Virus record (IMG/VR): IMGVR_UViG_3300038673_000510
Span: 32,001-96,000 of that record
Source of the DNA: a virus
Taxonomy: Duplodnaviria > Caudoviricetes
DNA length: 64,000 nt
Reading direction: 5' to 3' (one strand)
Below the pieces are notes generated by a model, which made no database searches, was not told where the DNA came from, and saw nothing but the letters and a program-made list of their open reading frames with translations. The position numbers and the translations under genes are program-made. Numbering within the stretch: the first letter of the stretch is position 1; every line of letters begins with the position of its first letter. Below, piece by piece: positions 1 to 9,673 of this stretch.

Positions 1-182
1 TGGAATTAGCAAAAACATTATCACAATATCATAATAACGTTTGGATATATGATTTTAAGGGGATTAAACAAAAAGATTTTAATCAAATGGCACAAGAAGA
101 AATCGATTTTGATTTTGATAATCGATTAAATAAATATGGGTTAAAGGCACAATTAGCGAAACAGCTAAAAATAATTCAATGA
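1..182 (+). CDS. C-terminal end of probable DNA primase (partial, runs off window)
   Basis: Frame from nt 3 reads ELAKTLSQYHNNVWIYDFKGIKQKDFNQM...GLKAQLAKQLKIIQ*. KDFN resembles the KDxN motif at the end of Toprim primases; helicase is nearby. Confidence 0.45.
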   Translation, partial: ELAKTLSQYHNNVWIYDFKGIKQKDFNQMAQEEIDFDFDNRLNKYGLKAQLAKQLKIIQ

Positions 183-892
183 TAAAAAAAATACAAATAA
201 CACATCATAAAGTCTTTAAACATAATCTTCTTATAGTAAATCTTTTTAAAAAAAATGATTTTTCAAATACTTTTCTTCGCTTATTAGAATTTAAAAATTG
301 GAGAACACTTGATAAGACACTATTAAATAAAGACGAATTTTTAAAATGGTACAAAGTTATTATGCAAACAGAATATGATACAATGCTGTATGGACTTTAT
401 GTACCTAACGCTCTTATTAAAGATTTTTTAAAAACATATTATACAGATTTAACCGAAGATGAACAAGTTGTTTTTAATGAAGCAACAAAATATTTAAAAA
501 TCAAAGTAGATAATTCACAGATAAAATTTTCAGGAAATGTTAATATTATTGTTATTAATAATAACTTAGCAAAGTTTGATAGTTATAATCCTGAACATAT
601 TTTACTGCATGAATTATCTCATTTTATTTTTAATTATGTTAAAGACTATCGCGTGCTTGTTAGTGAAGCTTTTAATAGTCTCGAAAGAAAAACTGCAAAA
701 AAAATTGTAAAAGAGTACATGTTTAAAAAAGGCAATAGTACAATAGAACATATTGCAGATGAATGGGCAGCGCAACTTGTAAGTGTTTATAATAATAAAA
801 AGACAAAAAATAAAAACATAGTAGCTTTAAAAAAATATTTTAAGGATATATTGAAGATCGATGAAAATAACATATATCAACATCAGCCTTAA
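179..892 (+). CDS. HEXXH (zincin-like) hypothetical protein
   Basis: LLHELSH plus downstream DEWAA. Confidence 0.45.
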   Translation: MIKKIQITHHKVFKHNLLIVNLFKKNDFSNTFLRLLEFKNWRTLDKTLLNKDEFLKWYKVIMQTEYDTMLYGLYVPNALIKDFLKTYYTDLTEDEQVVFNEATKYLKIKVDNSQIKFSGNVNIIVINNNLAKFDSYNPEHILLHELSHFIFNYVKDYRVLVSEAFNSLERKTAKKIVKEYMFKKGNSTIEHIADEWAAQLVSVYNNKKTKNKNIVALKKYFKDILKIDENNIYQHQP

Positions 893-1502
893 ATTTTTAC
901 TGGTTTTGTTAGCGTTTGTTATTATTGCCAATATAGGAGTAGGTTGTAAAACAATACAGAATAATCAAACATTTATTGAACCAAAAACAATTCAGCAAAT
1001 CAAACCCAAAATATCTATTACATTTGAAATTAAACAAACCATTCAAAAAGCTCTTGATATGAAAAATAGAAAATGGACAAAAGTAAATTTAAACAAAGTA
1101 TCAAGACTGTTACAAATTGGTGAAACACAATTTGATTATAATCATAAAGATATTGTTGCTCTTATGCTACTTGAAAGTGAAATGAATATTCATGCAACGG
1201 GTCGCAATGAAGATTCTATAGATTATGGATTACTTCAACATAATAGTAATTCAATTTCAGATCGCTACAAAGAAGCTGCAAAATATTTAGATGAATATCA
1301 TATATCATATAATATACACAATAAATATGATATAGCTTTAAATATTATTTCATGTTTTCTATATCTTGATATGATACGTAAAAATTATCCAGATGATTAT
1401 GATAAAATGATACGAGGATATAACGCTGGCATTAGAGGAGCTTCTTTAGGAAGAGGAAAGATGTATTATAATAATTTTATTGCTTATAGGGAGAAATTAT
1501 AA
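861..1502 (+). CDS. Lytic transglycosylase (SLT-like) with N-terminal membrane anchor or lipobox
   Basis: ALMLLESEMN (catalytic ES), DYGLLQ, GYNAG motifs; hydrophobic N-terminus ending IGVGC. Confidence 0.75.
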   Translation: MKITYINISLKFLLVLLAFVIIANIGVGCKTIQNNQTFIEPKTIQQIKPKISITFEIKQTIQKALDMKNRKWTKVNLNKVSRLLQIGETQFDYNHKDIVALMLLESEMNIHATGRNEDSIDYGLLQHNSNSISDRYKEAAKYLDEYHISYNIHNKYDIALNIISCFLYLDMIRKNYPDDYDKMIRGYNAGIRGASLGRGKMYYNNFIAYREKL

Positions 1503-1834
1503 TGGACGCAAGAATATCAGATATGCTGCAAGAATTATTTCATGAATTAGAAGACAGACATCGTAGTTTTGAAGTTGCTTATAGAGATTATACTAACACA
1601 ACAAATGTGGAAGATAAAACAGATTGTGTTGAAGAAATGATGGATATTTATGATGGAATGGAACCACGCTTTAATATGATAACAACTTATGTAGATAGAA
1701 TAAAATCTGATATGATTCATCCATCCGCCACATTATTGGAAAAAGAAAAGTATCAACGGTATCTTGAATCATATCAGAATTTAAAAATTACTATGGAGCA
1801 ACTTAATGGTACAATAAGAGAGCTACTACATTAA
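1502..1834 (+). CDS. hypothetical protein
   Basis: Coupled ORF with upstream GGGAG. Confidence 0.6.
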   Translation: MDARISDMLQELFHELEDRHRSFEVAYRDYTNTTNVEDKTDCVEEMMDIYDGMEPRFNMITTYVDRIKSDMIHPSATLLEKEKYQRYLESYQNLKITMEQLNGTIRELLH

Positions 1835-1835
1835 A

Positions 1836-2102
1836 TTATTGTCTCGAAAGATTATCTACCAATAGTGATACAGCCAATTGTATTCCAGCGCTTCTTATAT
1901 CATAACCATCTTTTTCCAACACAGCAAGTACATCATCTTGTACTTTTTTTAATGCTGCTTTTTGTTTTGGTTTAAATGGTGATGACTCTGTTTCATAATT
2001 ATTTAATGTTTTTAGTGCATCAATTGCTTTATCTCTTGCGTCTGATGGTAGTGGTTTAAGATCCTCATCATTTGGCATATTATCAATATCTTTTTCTGTC
2101 AT
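1836..2102 (-). CDS. hypothetical protein
   Basis: ORF with AGGAG SD on minus strand, divergent from helicase. Confidence 0.65.
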   Translation of the reverse strand: MTEKDIDNMPNDEDLKPLPSDARDKAIDALKTLNNYETESSPFKPKQKAALKKVQDDVLAVLEKDGYDIRSAGIQLAVSLLVDNLSRQ

Positions 2103-2204
2103 AAAAATTCTCCTTGTTTTATTTATTATATCCTCGGAGATTTTATTTTTAACTTATTTGCATTTTTAATATAATAAATAAAAAAGAATATAAAGGAATA
2201 TATA

Positions 2205-3539
2205 ATGAATACTGAAACTTTTCCATTTGTAGATGCTATTGAAGCAGAGTTGTTACCTGCGCTTATAAATAATCGTACTATGTGGGTTGATTTAAAAGAT
2301 CATATACTTCAACAATATTGGACCAAAAAAGAGCGCGCAATTATATATAAGCTCTTTAATGTGTTCTTTGAAAGATATAAGAATTTTCCAACAAGAGCAC
2401 AAGCACTTGATATTGCAACACGCAAAAATTATGGCGACAAAGTACTTTCTGAAATTGAATTAGTTTATAATAAAGTTACTGGAGATACACTTCCAGAAGT
2501 GCAACAATATGTATATGATGAAGCGCTTAACTTTATTAGAAACAATAAAATTAAAACAGCTCTTCTTGAATCAGTTGATCTTCTTGAAAAAAGAGATTTT
2601 CTTAATATTGAAAGTAAAATGAAAGATGCTGTTAACTGGAATCCGGATATCAAGCTTGGAACAGATATTCAAGATGTTGAAACTCGTTTCGCCGCATTAG
2701 AGAATCTTTCTAATAACATTATTCCTTCTCCTTGGAAAGTACTTAATATGCTTATTGGTGGAGGATTCTATGGAAAAGAATTAGCTTTATTCGCTGGAAC
2801 AAGTTCTGTAGGAAAATCAATTGCACTTGATAATATTGCATATCACGCTTGGGATCAAGGCTATAATGTTGTTATGATTACATTGGAACTTAGCGAAGTA
2901 AGAAAAGCACAAAGAATTGATTCATCTGCTGTGCGTATTCCATTGAACGAAGTTAAAGCAAGAAAAGATGATGTTATTAAATTTTTTGAAAATAAACGTA
3001 AGAACAATAAACTTTATATAAAAGAATTTCCAACAAGCAGTGTAAGTGCTAAAAATATTCTTAATTATTTATATCAGCTTGAATTATATAATGGACTTAA
3101 AATGAGAGGAGGTGGCAAACACGGACTCAATCTTCTTATTGTAGATTATCTTGAACTGATGCTACCAAATCAGAAAAAAGCCAACGAATATGAATCACAG
3201 GGAGCGGTTGGAGCAGAACTTCGTGGAATAGGACAAGAACTTGATATTCCAGTTGTTAGTGCATGTCTTGATCCTAATACAGAAGTAATTACTTTTAAGG
3301 GAAAAATAAAATTGTCTGAATTAAAAGTTGGTGATTTTATACGTTCAAAATCACAATATAATTTTGTACAGAAAATTCAAATTAATAAAAATACAAAAAA
3401 ATATAAAATTAAAACAAAATCAGGCAAAGAAATTATTTGTAGCGCTAATCATTTATTCCCTGTAGTAAATAAAAACGAAGAATTGTCTATAAATACAGGT
3501 TTAAAAATTGGTCAACAATTATATATCAAAGAGGTGTGA
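2205..3539 (+). CDS. dnaB: gp41/DnaB-like replicative helicase, N-terminal 353 aa fused to N-part of a split intein
   Basis: Walker A GTSSVGKS, ITLELS, YIKEFPT, LIVDYLELM, ELRGIGQELDIPVVSA, then intein start CLDPNT. Confidence 0.93.
   Translation: MNTETFPFVDAIEAELLPALINNRTMWVDLKDHILQQYWTKKERAIIYKLFNVFFERYKNFPTRAQALDIATRKNYGDKVLSEIELVYNKVTGDTLPEVQQYVYDEALNFIRNNKIKTALLESVDLLEKRDFLNIESKMKDAVNWNPDIKLGTDIQDVETRFAALENLSNNIIPSPWKVLNMLIGGGFYGKELALFAGTSSVGKSIALDNIAYHAWDQGYNVVMITLELSEVRKAQRIDSSAVRIPLNEVKARKDDVIKFFENKRKNNKLYIKEFPTSSVSAKNILNYLYQLELYNGLKMRGGGKHGLNLLIVDYLELMLPNQKKANEYESQGAVGAELRGIGQELDIPVVSACLDPNTEVITFKGKIKLSELKVGDFIRSKSQYNFVQKIQINKNTKKYKIKTKSGKEIICSANHLFPVVNKNEELSINTGLKIGQQLYIKEV
3264..3536 (+). 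mobile_element. Split intein N-fragment (IntN, 91 aa), gp41-1-like
   Basis: CLDPNTEV...ELKVGDFI (block A) and KEIICSANHLFP (block B); ends GLKIGQQLYIKEV at the stop. Confidence 0.92.
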
Positions 3540-4090
3540 TAGTGAATCCTAAAGTGTATATTTGTATTGGTATGATAGGAAGTGGCAAAAGCACGTTTGC
3601 TAATAAAATGGCAATCACGTCACCAACACTTGTTGTTTCAAAAGATAAAATTCGAGAAATGTTACTCGGACAATATCGTTATGAAGAGACAGTAGAACAG
3701 TTGATAAATAAAATCACTGATGATACAATTGCAAATTGTGCGTCAGAAATTATACTTGGAATTGCTCCATATCAATCAATTATAATCGACGAATGTAATT
3801 TGACCAGAAAAGATAGAAATGCTTATATTGATTTAATTATGCGTGTAGAAGATACATTTGATAAAGAAAACTTTTTTGAAATTGAATATGTTTATTTTCC
3901 TGATTTTGATGGAGATGGTTTAACACGACGCATGAATGAACATCGTGGACTTGGCGAAGATCATTGGGAAAATGTTTGGAATTGGCAACTTAGAAAAATT
4001 GAAGCGCCTACTCACAAAGAAATGTCAGAAAACAATGTCATTAATATGATAACTATTAATTCTTTTAAAGCGAATAATTATCTTAAATAG
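3536..4090 (+). CDS. P-loop kinase (AAA_33/polynucleotide-kinase-like)
   Basis: GMIGSGKSTFA, VSKDKIREML, IIIDECNL. Confidence 0.8.
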   Translation: MIVNPKVYICIGMIGSGKSTFANKMAITSPTLVVSKDKIREMLLGQYRYEETVEQLINKITDDTIANCASEIILGIAPYQSIIIDECNLTRKDRNAYIDLIMRVEDTFDKENFFEIEYVYFPDFDGDGLTRRMNEHRGLGEDHWENVWNWQLRKIEAPTHKEMSENNVINMITINSFKANNYLK

Positions 4091-4091
4091 G

Positions 4092-4120
4092 TTGACAAAA
4101 ATAAGGATTAATACTATAAT
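4092..4120 (+). promoter_or_regulatory. sigma70-type early promoter
   Basis: TTGACA-17-TATAAT. Confidence 0.85.
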
Positions 4121-4368
4121 AATAGTATAAGGAGAATAAACAATGAATGAAATAAATACTTGGAAAGATTTTTGAGTTTTTATATTTTCCTTTAAAGGAA
4201 AAGTTTTTAAAATAAAAATTGATAACATTCTTGATGGATCTTTTAATCTTATTGTCGCGCCCTTTATATTTATTTTTAATATTTTACTTTTAATAAAAGA
4301 GATAGTGGTTTTTCCAAAACAAATTATTTGTTGTGTTTATATCTTTTATAAAGAAAAACTTATAAGGG

Positions 4369-4397
4369 TTGACAAGATTTAAAATTAATGTTATAAT
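4369..4397 (+). promoter_or_regulatory. sigma70-type early promoter
   Basis: cttataaggg-TTGACA-17-TATAAT. Confidence 0.85.
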
Positions 4398-4458
4398 AAT
4401 AGTATAAGCAAACAACAAAAGAAACTAAAAAAAACTAAAAACTACAGAGGACAAAATA

Positions 4459-4911
4459 ATGGCTAAAGCAAAAATTGACACTACTGGTTTTCTTGAAGCT
4501 CGTATTCCCGAAGGTTACAAAACTACTACTGCCGCTGCACGTGCTCTTGAGCGTTCACAGGAAAGGGCTCGCCTTTCCAAAGAAAAGCTTGCAAAGCTCG
4601 AAGCAAAAGAACTAAAAGCAAAAGAGCGTGAAGAAGCTGCTGCTAAGGTTCGTGCCGAAAAGCTTGAAAAGGCAAAAGAACGTGCTGCTATCTCCGAAGC
4701 TCGTGCCGCTGAAAAGGCTGAAAAGCTTGAAGCAAAGAAAGCTGAAAAGCTTGAAAAGGCAGCTGAAACACTTGAAGCCCTTGAACTTAAGCTTGCTAAG
4801 CAGATTGAAGCAGTTACCAAAACTCAGACTGCAATCGCTGAACTGAAGGCTATGGTTGAAGCTGCAAAGGCCGCCGAAGTTTCTGAACTTGCTGAAGTAG
4901 CAGAAGCTTGA
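4459..4911 (+). CDS. Ala/Glu/Lys-rich coiled-coil early protein
   Basis: AEKLE repeats, strongly biased codons, GAGGA SD. Confidence 0.75.
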   Translation: MAKAKIDTTGFLEARIPEGYKTTTAAARALERSQERARLSKEKLAKLEAKELKAKEREEAAAKVRAEKLEKAKERAAISEARAAEKAEKLEAKKAEKLEKAAETLEALELKLAKQIEAVTKTQTAIAELKAMVEAAKAAEVSELAEVAEA

Positions 4912-4936
4912 TCTAAAAACAATATAGAACGATAAA

Positions 4937-4961
4937 TATGGGAAGATATAATCTTCCCATA
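4937..4961 (+). terminator. hairpin/terminator
   Basis: tatgggaagat-ata-atcttcccata. Confidence 0.6.
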
Positions 4962-4984
4962 ATTTTATAATAGAGGTTACAAAT

Positions 4985-5200
4985 ATGGACGAAAAAATGA
5001 TTGCAGTTGAATCAAGTGTAATTAAACGTATTGGCTACGATGAAGAAACTCAGATTCTTGCTGTTGAATTTAAAAATAACAAGACATATTGTTATGCCGA
5101 TGTTCCTAAAGATATGTTTGACGCGTTTGTCAACGCTGGATCCATTGGTATGTTTTTCTCTGAAAACATCAAAGATGAATATGATGTTATTCCAGCTTAA
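4985..5200 (+). CDS. KTSC domain protein
   Basis: VESSVIKRIGYD...LAVEFKN..TY.Y.DVP...AGSIG.FF...IK. Confidence 0.85.
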   Translation: MDEKMIAVESSVIKRIGYDEETQILAVEFKNNKTYCYADVPKDMFDAFVNAGSIGMFFSENIKDEYDVIPA

Positions 5201-5233
5201 TTACCAATAGTCCTCTAAAATTTTTTAGTTTTT

Positions 5234-5265
5234 GAAAACTCCCACAATAAAATGTGGGAGTTTTC
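5234..5265 (+). terminator. intrinsic terminator-like hairpin
   Basis: gaaaactcccaca-ataaaa-tgtgggagttttc. Confidence 0.7.
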
Positions 5266-5300
5266 TTGTATTTAGACAATATAATATAAATAGAGGACTT

Positions 5301-5759
5301 ATGAAAAAATATATAATTTTATTTGTTATTGCTTTTGGTCTTGGATGGATTCTTTCATATAAATTTAGAACCCCAACAGAAGTTGTGATTACTAAAGATA
5401 AAATTGTTGCCAATACAATAAACAAAAATATTGGTAATATGACAGACGAAGAAAAAGTTAAAGATTTACAATGCTTTTATACTGCTACACCAGGACTTGA
5501 TATCAGACATATTCAAGACGATGAATATGATTTGACGGCTTATTTATGTGAAAGAGAATGGAGTAGAAAAGTAAAGATTGAAACTATCGCAAAACAATAT
5601 CGCAATCTTATTATATTAAATACTTTTTTTGATTCAAATTTTAAAATTGGACTAAATACTCAATATTACAAAATGTTCGGGCGTTTTGGTGTGGGTGGAG
5701 GTGTTTCATTTACACAAGGATATGCTGCAATTCAAGCTGGAGTATTAATGCAGTGGTAA
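5301..5759 (+). CDS. Membrane-anchored hypothetical protein (possibly lysis/envelope related)
   Basis: Start reassigned to ATG 5301 (GAGGA SD); N-terminal TM segment; beta-rich C-terminus ending in W. Confidence 0.55.
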   Translation: MKKYIILFVIAFGLGWILSYKFRTPTEVVITKDKIVANTINKNIGNMTDEEKVKDLQCFYTATPGLDIRHIQDDEYDLTAYLCEREWSRKVKIETIAKQYRNLIILNTFFDSNFKIGLNTQYYKMFGRFGVGGGVSFTQGYAAIQAGVLMQW

Positions 5760-5780
5760 AAAATAACAAAGGAAAACACA

Positions 5781-6449
5781 ATGAGAATTATTTCTAAATA
5801 TCGTGATTATTATGATACTATAATGTCTTTTGGAATTGATAATGAATGTGTTTATTTACGTAATCCAGAACCAATTTCGTTAAATAAAAATAACGATCCA
5901 TTTTCTTCGTATATACATCATAGAGATAAAAAAGATCACACTAAGGGTGATTTGTATGATATTGGTGTTTATACAAATTATAGTCAAAACCGTAAAGAAG
6001 AAACATTGATAATTGGCTTTTGTGGAAAAATATATCCTTGTTTTATTGACACTACTGCTCATTATGAACCAACCGAAGAACAAATTTATGATGCAAAAAA
6101 TAATCGTTGGGGTCTCAATCGTAATTATGTAGATTTTTTCAATAAAAATTGGGATGATTTTAATAAAATATTTACAGATTATATGGTTCCAATTTTTACT
6201 ATTCGTGGGCCTAATGGTTCAGATGGCTGGAAAACTCTAACATTAAACGATGATCTTAAACAATTTAATTTTGTTACACAGAAAGATCCTTATACTGCTT
6301 TTCAAGATATATATCAGTATCTTTCTGGTGTGCTTGGTATTAACAATAAGCCAATGATAAAAATATCAGATAAAGATATGGCCATTAAAAAAGGATTTTC
6401 ACATAAATATGCTTTTCGCAAAGAACCTACTAAGAGGAAAATTTCATGA
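5781..6449 (+). CDS. conserved phage hypothetical protein
   Basis: MRIISKYRDYYD...IGFCGKIYP...DPYTAFQDI, recognisable as a common phage family. Confidence 0.6.
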   Translation: MRIISKYRDYYDTIMSFGIDNECVYLRNPEPISLNKNNDPFSSYIHHRDKKDHTKGDLYDIGVYTNYSQNRKEETLIIGFCGKIYPCFIDTTAHYEPTEEQIYDAKNNRWGLNRNYVDFFNKNWDDFNKIFTDYMVPIFTIRGPNGSDGWKTLTLNDDLKQFNFVTQKDPYTAFQDIYQYLSGVLGINNKPMIKISDKDMAIKKGFSHKYAFRKEPTKRKIS

Positions 6450-7120
6450 ATTTAAAAGAATATATTGTTGAGTGGCTGACTGCTTCAGAGCGACAACGTG
6501 CTGCACAAAATGGACAAACAAATCTTAAACAAGATATTAAATTGGATGATGTACGTATTCCACCATCGCGTCGAGGTTATAATTTTCCCGAATGGTTAAG
6601 AAATTATAAATGGCCTATTGAAGGAGAATTCAAAGACAGTCAAACTATATATACTAAAAAAGTATTAAAACAAATAAACGCAAAAGACAATATAAGAACT
6701 AACTCAATTATTAGTAAGGGTAGTAGAATTGTTATATTTCCGGATGGAACCTTTTTAAGTGGCGATCCATCACGATTAATACACGTGGATTTAATTATTT
6801 ATGCAATGTATAAAGGCAAAATTTCTTTAGATGAAAATCAGTATAATACATTTTTTAAAAATCCTAAATCATTAAATAATTTTTTAATGATAATGGGGAG
6901 TCCATATTATAATGAATATTATGGATTAAGTGAAAGTTATAGTATTAATTCGTTTTATAAAAAAATTAACACAGCTGAAACACAAGCACAAATAGCAAAA
7001 TATGCTAAAATGGCATACCAATATGGATTGAAGATACTTCCATTACATTATAGAAAAATACAGCAAATGAATGAAGAACAGTTAGAAAGAGCATACAAGA
7101 AATTTGCGTTTTGGGTATAA
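6446..7120 (+). CDS. NGQTNL paralog family protein (putative internal head protein)
   Basis: ERQRAAQNGQTNL, PEW, IH, SESY shared with 39565, 44906, 45996. Confidence 0.7.
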   Translation: MNLKEYIVEWLTASERQRAAQNGQTNLKQDIKLDDVRIPPSRRGYNFPEWLRNYKWPIEGEFKDSQTIYTKKVLKQINAKDNIRTNSIISKGSRIVIFPDGTFLSGDPSRLIHVDLIIYAMYKGKISLDENQYNTFFKNPKSLNNFLMIMGSPYYNEYYGLSESYSINSFYKKINTAETQAQIAKYAKMAYQYGLKILPLHYRKIQQMNEEQLERAYKKFAFWV

Positions 7121-7155
7121 TAAATAAAAAAGGATAAAATATAAAATATAAAATT

Positions 7156-7602
7156 ATGACAGAAAGTATTAAAGAAGCTAAGATTAATGAATTTTCTAAT
7201 GATGCTACTATGCTTATGGCAAAATCATATGAACGAATGATAGTATCACAAGGAAATTTTTCAAACATTGCTGTATCTCGGGCGATTGAAATAGCAAAAA
7301 TGCAAAACATTAATTTGGATAGTTCACACATCATTGGCGTTAGTTTTGCCCCACAATTTGCTGTTGTAGCAGTACTTTATAAACCAGTAATACTCGCTCC
7401 TGGTGATGATGGAAATCCAAAACAAGTAAATATTCCGGTGCCAGTAGAATGTTTATTCCCAACAAACGATTCATGGAAAGATATTTATAATAAAATTCTT
7501 GAAGATGCAACTGAGGCAATCAAAAAAGATAAAGAAGCTGGAAAACTTGAAGAAGCTTTTGGTAATTTTGAGAACTTAGGACCAGATTCAGTAGAGGGTT
7601 AA
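7156..7602 (+). CDS. hypothetical protein
   Basis: ORF track. Confidence 0.6.
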   Translation: MTESIKEAKINEFSNDATMLMAKSYERMIVSQGNFSNIAVSRAIEIAKMQNINLDSSHIIGVSFAPQFAVVAVLYKPVILAPGDDGNPKQVNIPVPVECLFPTNDSWKDIYNKILEDATEAIKKDKEAGKLEEAFGNFENLGPDSVEG

Positions 7603-7956
7603 TTGAAAGTATCTATAACAGGTTCAAGAGAATATAATGATTATTTTTCTTTTAAGTCATGTTTAAACGATTATATAAAAGCAAATAAAATTTTTGTTAC
7701 AGAAATTATTTCTGGTGGAGCTAAAGGTACAGACACAATGGCTCACACATTTGCAATAGAATATAATGTTCCTATTAAATTGCATTTACCTGAATGGGAT
7801 AAGTATGGTAAATCAGCTGGATTTATAAGAAACAAATTAATACTTGATGATGCAGAAATGAATTTTATTTTCTGGAATAATGTTAGTAAGGGAGCACAAT
7901 GGAATATAAGTTATTGTTTAAAACACAATAGACCATTTAAAGTTTTCAATATATAA
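7603..7956 (+). CDS. SLOG-superfamily (YspA/DUF2493-like) protein
   Basis: ITGSREY, ISGGAKGTD, WDKYGKSAGFIRN. Confidence 0.85.
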   Translation: MKVSITGSREYNDYFSFKSCLNDYIKANKIFVTEIISGGAKGTDTMAHTFAIEYNVPIKLHLPEWDKYGKSAGFIRNKLILDDAEMNFIFWNNVSKGAQWNISYCLKHNRPFKVFNI

Positions 7957-7963
7957 GGTAAAA

Positions 7964-8557
7964 ATGTTTGACAAATTATTAAATAAATTGTATCAGACGT
8001 TAGATACACCAGAAAGAAAGGAACGATTAAGATTAAAAGTAAAAGAAGCGTTAGAAGAAGCTTATAATAATGGATATAAAACAGCCGAAGAAATTGGACA
8101 AGAAGCAATAAAAGCAAAAGAAAACGATTTAATTGATGAGTATAGTATTTTGTTAGCTACAAAAAATTCCGAGTTGATACAAGCTCGTAAGATGATAAAA
8201 GATTATCAAGATCAACTTAGAAACGCTAAGCGAGCATATAAATCATATTATCATGATGCTGTTGCAAATAAAAAACTTATTGCTGAGGTTGCTGTACAAA
8301 TTCAAAGATTGTTTGATGCATCAGGAGATATTTATAAAAGCTTTATTTCAATTCAAGATAGTGCTCAAGATCATTTTGATTTGATGCTGAAAAAAGATCC
8401 ATTAAATAGAAACTTACTTGGTATTACACAAATTCCAGATAATGGAATTGAAAATAAAACTATATTATCGGAGCAAGAACTAAACGAAACATTGGAAGCC
8501 ATAAATAATATGTCACCAAAATCGTTAAAAGAAAAAAACAATGAAAATAACAATTAA
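7964..8557 (+). CDS. coiled-coil hypothetical protein
   Basis: ORF track. Confidence 0.6.
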   Translation: MFDKLLNKLYQTLDTPERKERLRLKVKEALEEAYNNGYKTAEEIGQEAIKAKENDLIDEYSILLATKNSELIQARKMIKDYQDQLRNAKRAYKSYYHDAVANKKLIAEVAVQIQRLFDASGDIYKSFISIQDSAQDHFDLMLKKDPLNRNLLGITQIPDNGIENKTILSEQELNETLEAINNMSPKSLKEKNNENNN

Positions 8558-8735
8558 CACTGAACCGAACGATAATCTTTCTATTTATTCAGAAAACAAA
8601 CAACTTGGAATAATAAATGTCGATACTTTTCTATCTATATTAGATTCTTTTCAAGTGGATGCATATGAAGATGGAGAGGTTAAATTTAGTGTAAATGAGG
8701 TAAAACTATTCAATAAATTAAAGTGAGGTAATTAT

Positions 8736-8960
8736 ATGAGTAGAACGTTCCGAGCAAAAGATTCTTATTACACATGTGAAGAATCATTTAAGGCAACAAT
8801 GGATAAAAAAAGATGGTCCAAACCTCCAAAGTGGTTTAAAAGAATGCGTCGACAAGTAGAACGAGCGCGCACAAAGGATGCAATGCGACATATTCTTGAT
8901 GATATAGAAACAACAAATATTCCTATTATTAAACATTCAGATATATTTAATTGGAATTAA
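8736..8960 (+). CDS. small basic hypothetical protein
   Basis: GAGGT SD; MSRTFR...PPKWFKR. Confidence 0.55.
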   Translation: MSRTFRAKDSYYTCEESFKATMDKKRWSKPPKWFKRMRRQVERARTKDAMRHILDDIETTNIPIIKHSDIFNWN

Positions 8961-9049
8961 AAAAAACAAAAAATTTGCGAAATATATAATAAATAAAAAC
9001 CAACTTATATCTCTTTAGGTTGGTTTTTTACTTTACAGTGGAGAAAAGA

Positions 9050-9673
9050 ATGACGGACAAAAAAGAAGTAGGTATGAAGTTTGATGGAGAAAAAGAAAGA
9101 TGGGATCTTTTACCTATGGATGCTTTAAATGAAGTCGCTAAGGTTCTTACATTCGGTGCAAAAAAATATAAAGCTTGGAATTGGGAACATGTTGATGACG
9201 CGGAAAACAGATATTATGCAGCAGCAGAAAGACACCTGCGTGATATTCAAAACGCAAAACGGGGTTTAGAAGGTGCTTCTGAATTTGATTCAGAGTCTAA
9301 TTTGCTTCATGCTGCACATGCTGCATGCTGCTGTTTATTTGTAGCTTCATTAGCTCTTCAACGTAAACAAAAAGAAAAAGAAATTGAAAATCAGAAAGAT
9401 CCAATATTTGTTCCACATTTTGATTTTGAACTTATGAAGTATGGTGAAACTAATTTAAATAAATCTGTTTGTGCTGAAGAAGCTATTAAAAAAGCTGCAA
9501 CACAATTTAATAAATTTTGCGCAGAAATTATAGTAGATCAAGATGGAAATCTTGTTGGCACAAAACAATTAAAAAATGAAGATTTTAAAAAAATCTCAAG
9601 TAGTACAAAAAAGCATTGGCATAATGCAATAACAAAATATTTTACAAGGAAAAAAGAAGATGCAAATAACTAA
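9050..9673 (+). CDS. dATP/dGTP diphosphohydrolase domain protein (DUF5664-like)
   Basis: KFDGEKERWDLLP..AL.EVAKVLTFGAKKY..WNW, AAERH, DSESNLLHAAHAAC. Confidence 0.85.
   Translation: MTDKKEVGMKFDGEKERWDLLPMDALNEVAKVLTFGAKKYKAWNWEHVDDAENRYYAAAERHLRDIQNAKRGLEGASEFDSESNLLHAAHAACCCLFVASLALQRKQKEKEIENQKDPIFVPHFDFELMKYGETNLNKSVCAEEAIKKAATQFNKFCAEIIVDQDGNLVGTKQLKNEDFKKISSSTKKHWHNAITKYFTRKKEDANN

Noticed and set aside
2205-3539. Helicase as a truncated pseudogene
   Set aside because: The missing C-terminus is present at 20309-20557 behind a matching IntC.
4515-4846. Antisense and alternate-frame ORFs (e.g. 4515-4820, 4628-4846, 36238-37100, 47745-48095, 57278-57551)
   Set aside because: Shadows of codon-biased real genes; no SD or motifs.
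9050-9673. 2-aminoadenine (Z) genome pathway
   Set aside because: This hydrolase family is widespread and no PurZ is present in the window.
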